From: Longivirga aurantiaca
GTDB lineage: Bacteria > Actinomycetota > Actinomycetes > S36-B12 > CAIYMF01
Assembly: GCF_042660085.1 (NCBI RefSeq)
Contig: NZ_JBHSTI010000051.1
Location: forward strand, 1 to 32,000
Direction: 5' to 3'
Length of the DNA stretch: 32,000 nucleotides
Shown here: in pieces, positions 31,519-32,000 of the stretch
Layout of the letters: every line of letters starts with the position of its first letter
Numbering within the stretch: position 1 is the stretch's first letter
Program-made: the position numbers and the translations under genes
The notes under the pieces: generated by a model
What the model saw: only the letters and a program-made list of their open reading frames with translations
The model's database searches: none
What the model was told of the DNA's origin: nothing

Positions 31519-32000
31519 ATGGGAAACGCATCCAAACTGGCCTTGATGGCCAGCGTGGTGCTGGTGTTCTTCGGGGTCCTGCTGCTCGTGTTCTTCCTGG
31601 CGGCGCGCACCAGGGGCAAGGTGCAGACTCCGCTCGCACGACTGATCTTCCTGGGGCCGGCAGCGCTGCTGCTCCTCATCGGCCTGGTGATCCCGGCCGT
31701 TCAGACGACGTACCAGAGCTTCCTCGGCCCCGACGGCAAGAAGGTCGTCGGGCTGGCGAACTACCAGTGGATCTTCGGCACCGAGGCCAACTGGGTCTTC
31801 CTGCGCAACACCGCGATCTGGATCGTCATCACACCGATCTTCTCGACTCTCGTCGGCCTGATCCTCGCGTTGCTCATGGACCGCATGCGCCGCGAGTCGC
31901 TGCCCAAGTCGCTCATCTTCATGCCCATGGCCATCTCGTTCGTCGGCGCCTCGATCATCTGGGGTCTCGTCTACGAGTACCGCGACCCTGCGGAGCCCCA
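31519..32000 (+). CDS. Carbohydrate ABC transporter permease (MalF/AglF-like), 5' partial that runs off the window
   Basis: My own translation from ATG 31519 gives MGNASKLALMASVVLVFFGVLLLVFFLAARTRGKVQTPLARLIFLGPAALLLLIGLVIPAVQTTYQSF...NYQWIF...FLRNTAIWIVITPIFSTLVGLILALLMDR with no stop before 32000. This ORF is not in the supplied track because it is open-ended. Confidence 0.85.
   Translation, partial: MGNASKLALMASVVLVFFGVLLLVFFLAARTRGKVQTPLARLIFLGPAALLLLIGLVIPAVQTTYQSFLGPDGKKVVGLANYQWIFGTEANWVFLRNTAIWIVITPIFSTLVGLILALLMDRMRRESLPKSLIFMPMAISFVGASIIWGLVYEYRDPAEP

Overview
This is a high-GC, actinobacterial-style chromosomal segment that is densely coding (about 30 CDS). I saw no rRNA, tRNA, CRISPR array, transposase or integrase. 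All calls come from reading the supplied ORF translations and the DNA by eye; no homology search was possible, so family names are motif-based.

The centrepiece, about 11.8-26.6 kb, is a respiratory nitrate-reduction island.
- narGHJI lies on the minus strand and is fully translationally coupled.
- It is preceded, with a 1-nt gap, by a winged-HTH regulator carrying three C-terminal Cys. This resembles the Fe-S/NO-sensing ArnR of Corynebacterium.
- An unusually AT-rich 196-bp divergent control region follows.
- On the plus strand come two NarK-type MFS transporters, a strong stem-loop, a small DUF2249-like protein, moeA, and an OmpR-wHTH/P-loop/TPR (STAND-type) regulator.
- A second DUF2249-like paralog sits at the other edge of the island, convergent on narI with 16 nt between stop codons.
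- Both paralogs carry an N-terminal four-cysteine Cys/Gly-rich tail. I consider this pair the best candidate for an undescribed accessory function of nitrate respiration or molybdenum-cofactor handling.

Other content, left to right:
- An Ala-rich lipoprotein and a cytochrome P450.
- An ArsR-SulP/STAS pair with a perfect palindromic operator.
- A PadR plus membrane-protein cassette bounded by about 140-bp direct repeats. These repeats duplicate a terminator hairpin and the 3' end of the neighbouring SDR gene.
- A minus-strand SMP-30 lactonase / FAH hydrolase / Zn-ADH / SDR operon.
- A PAP2 phosphatase coupled to a DAG-kinase-family lipid kinase, then a small membrane protein.
- After the island: a homocysteine S-methyltransferase-family gene, a MarR / VOC / alpha-beta-hydrolase unit, and a small membrane protein.
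- The start of a carbohydrate ABC transporter, preceded by two LacI-type operator-like palindromes.

An approximately 75-80-bp palindromic intergenic element occurs twice, at about 340-414 and 9545-9622.
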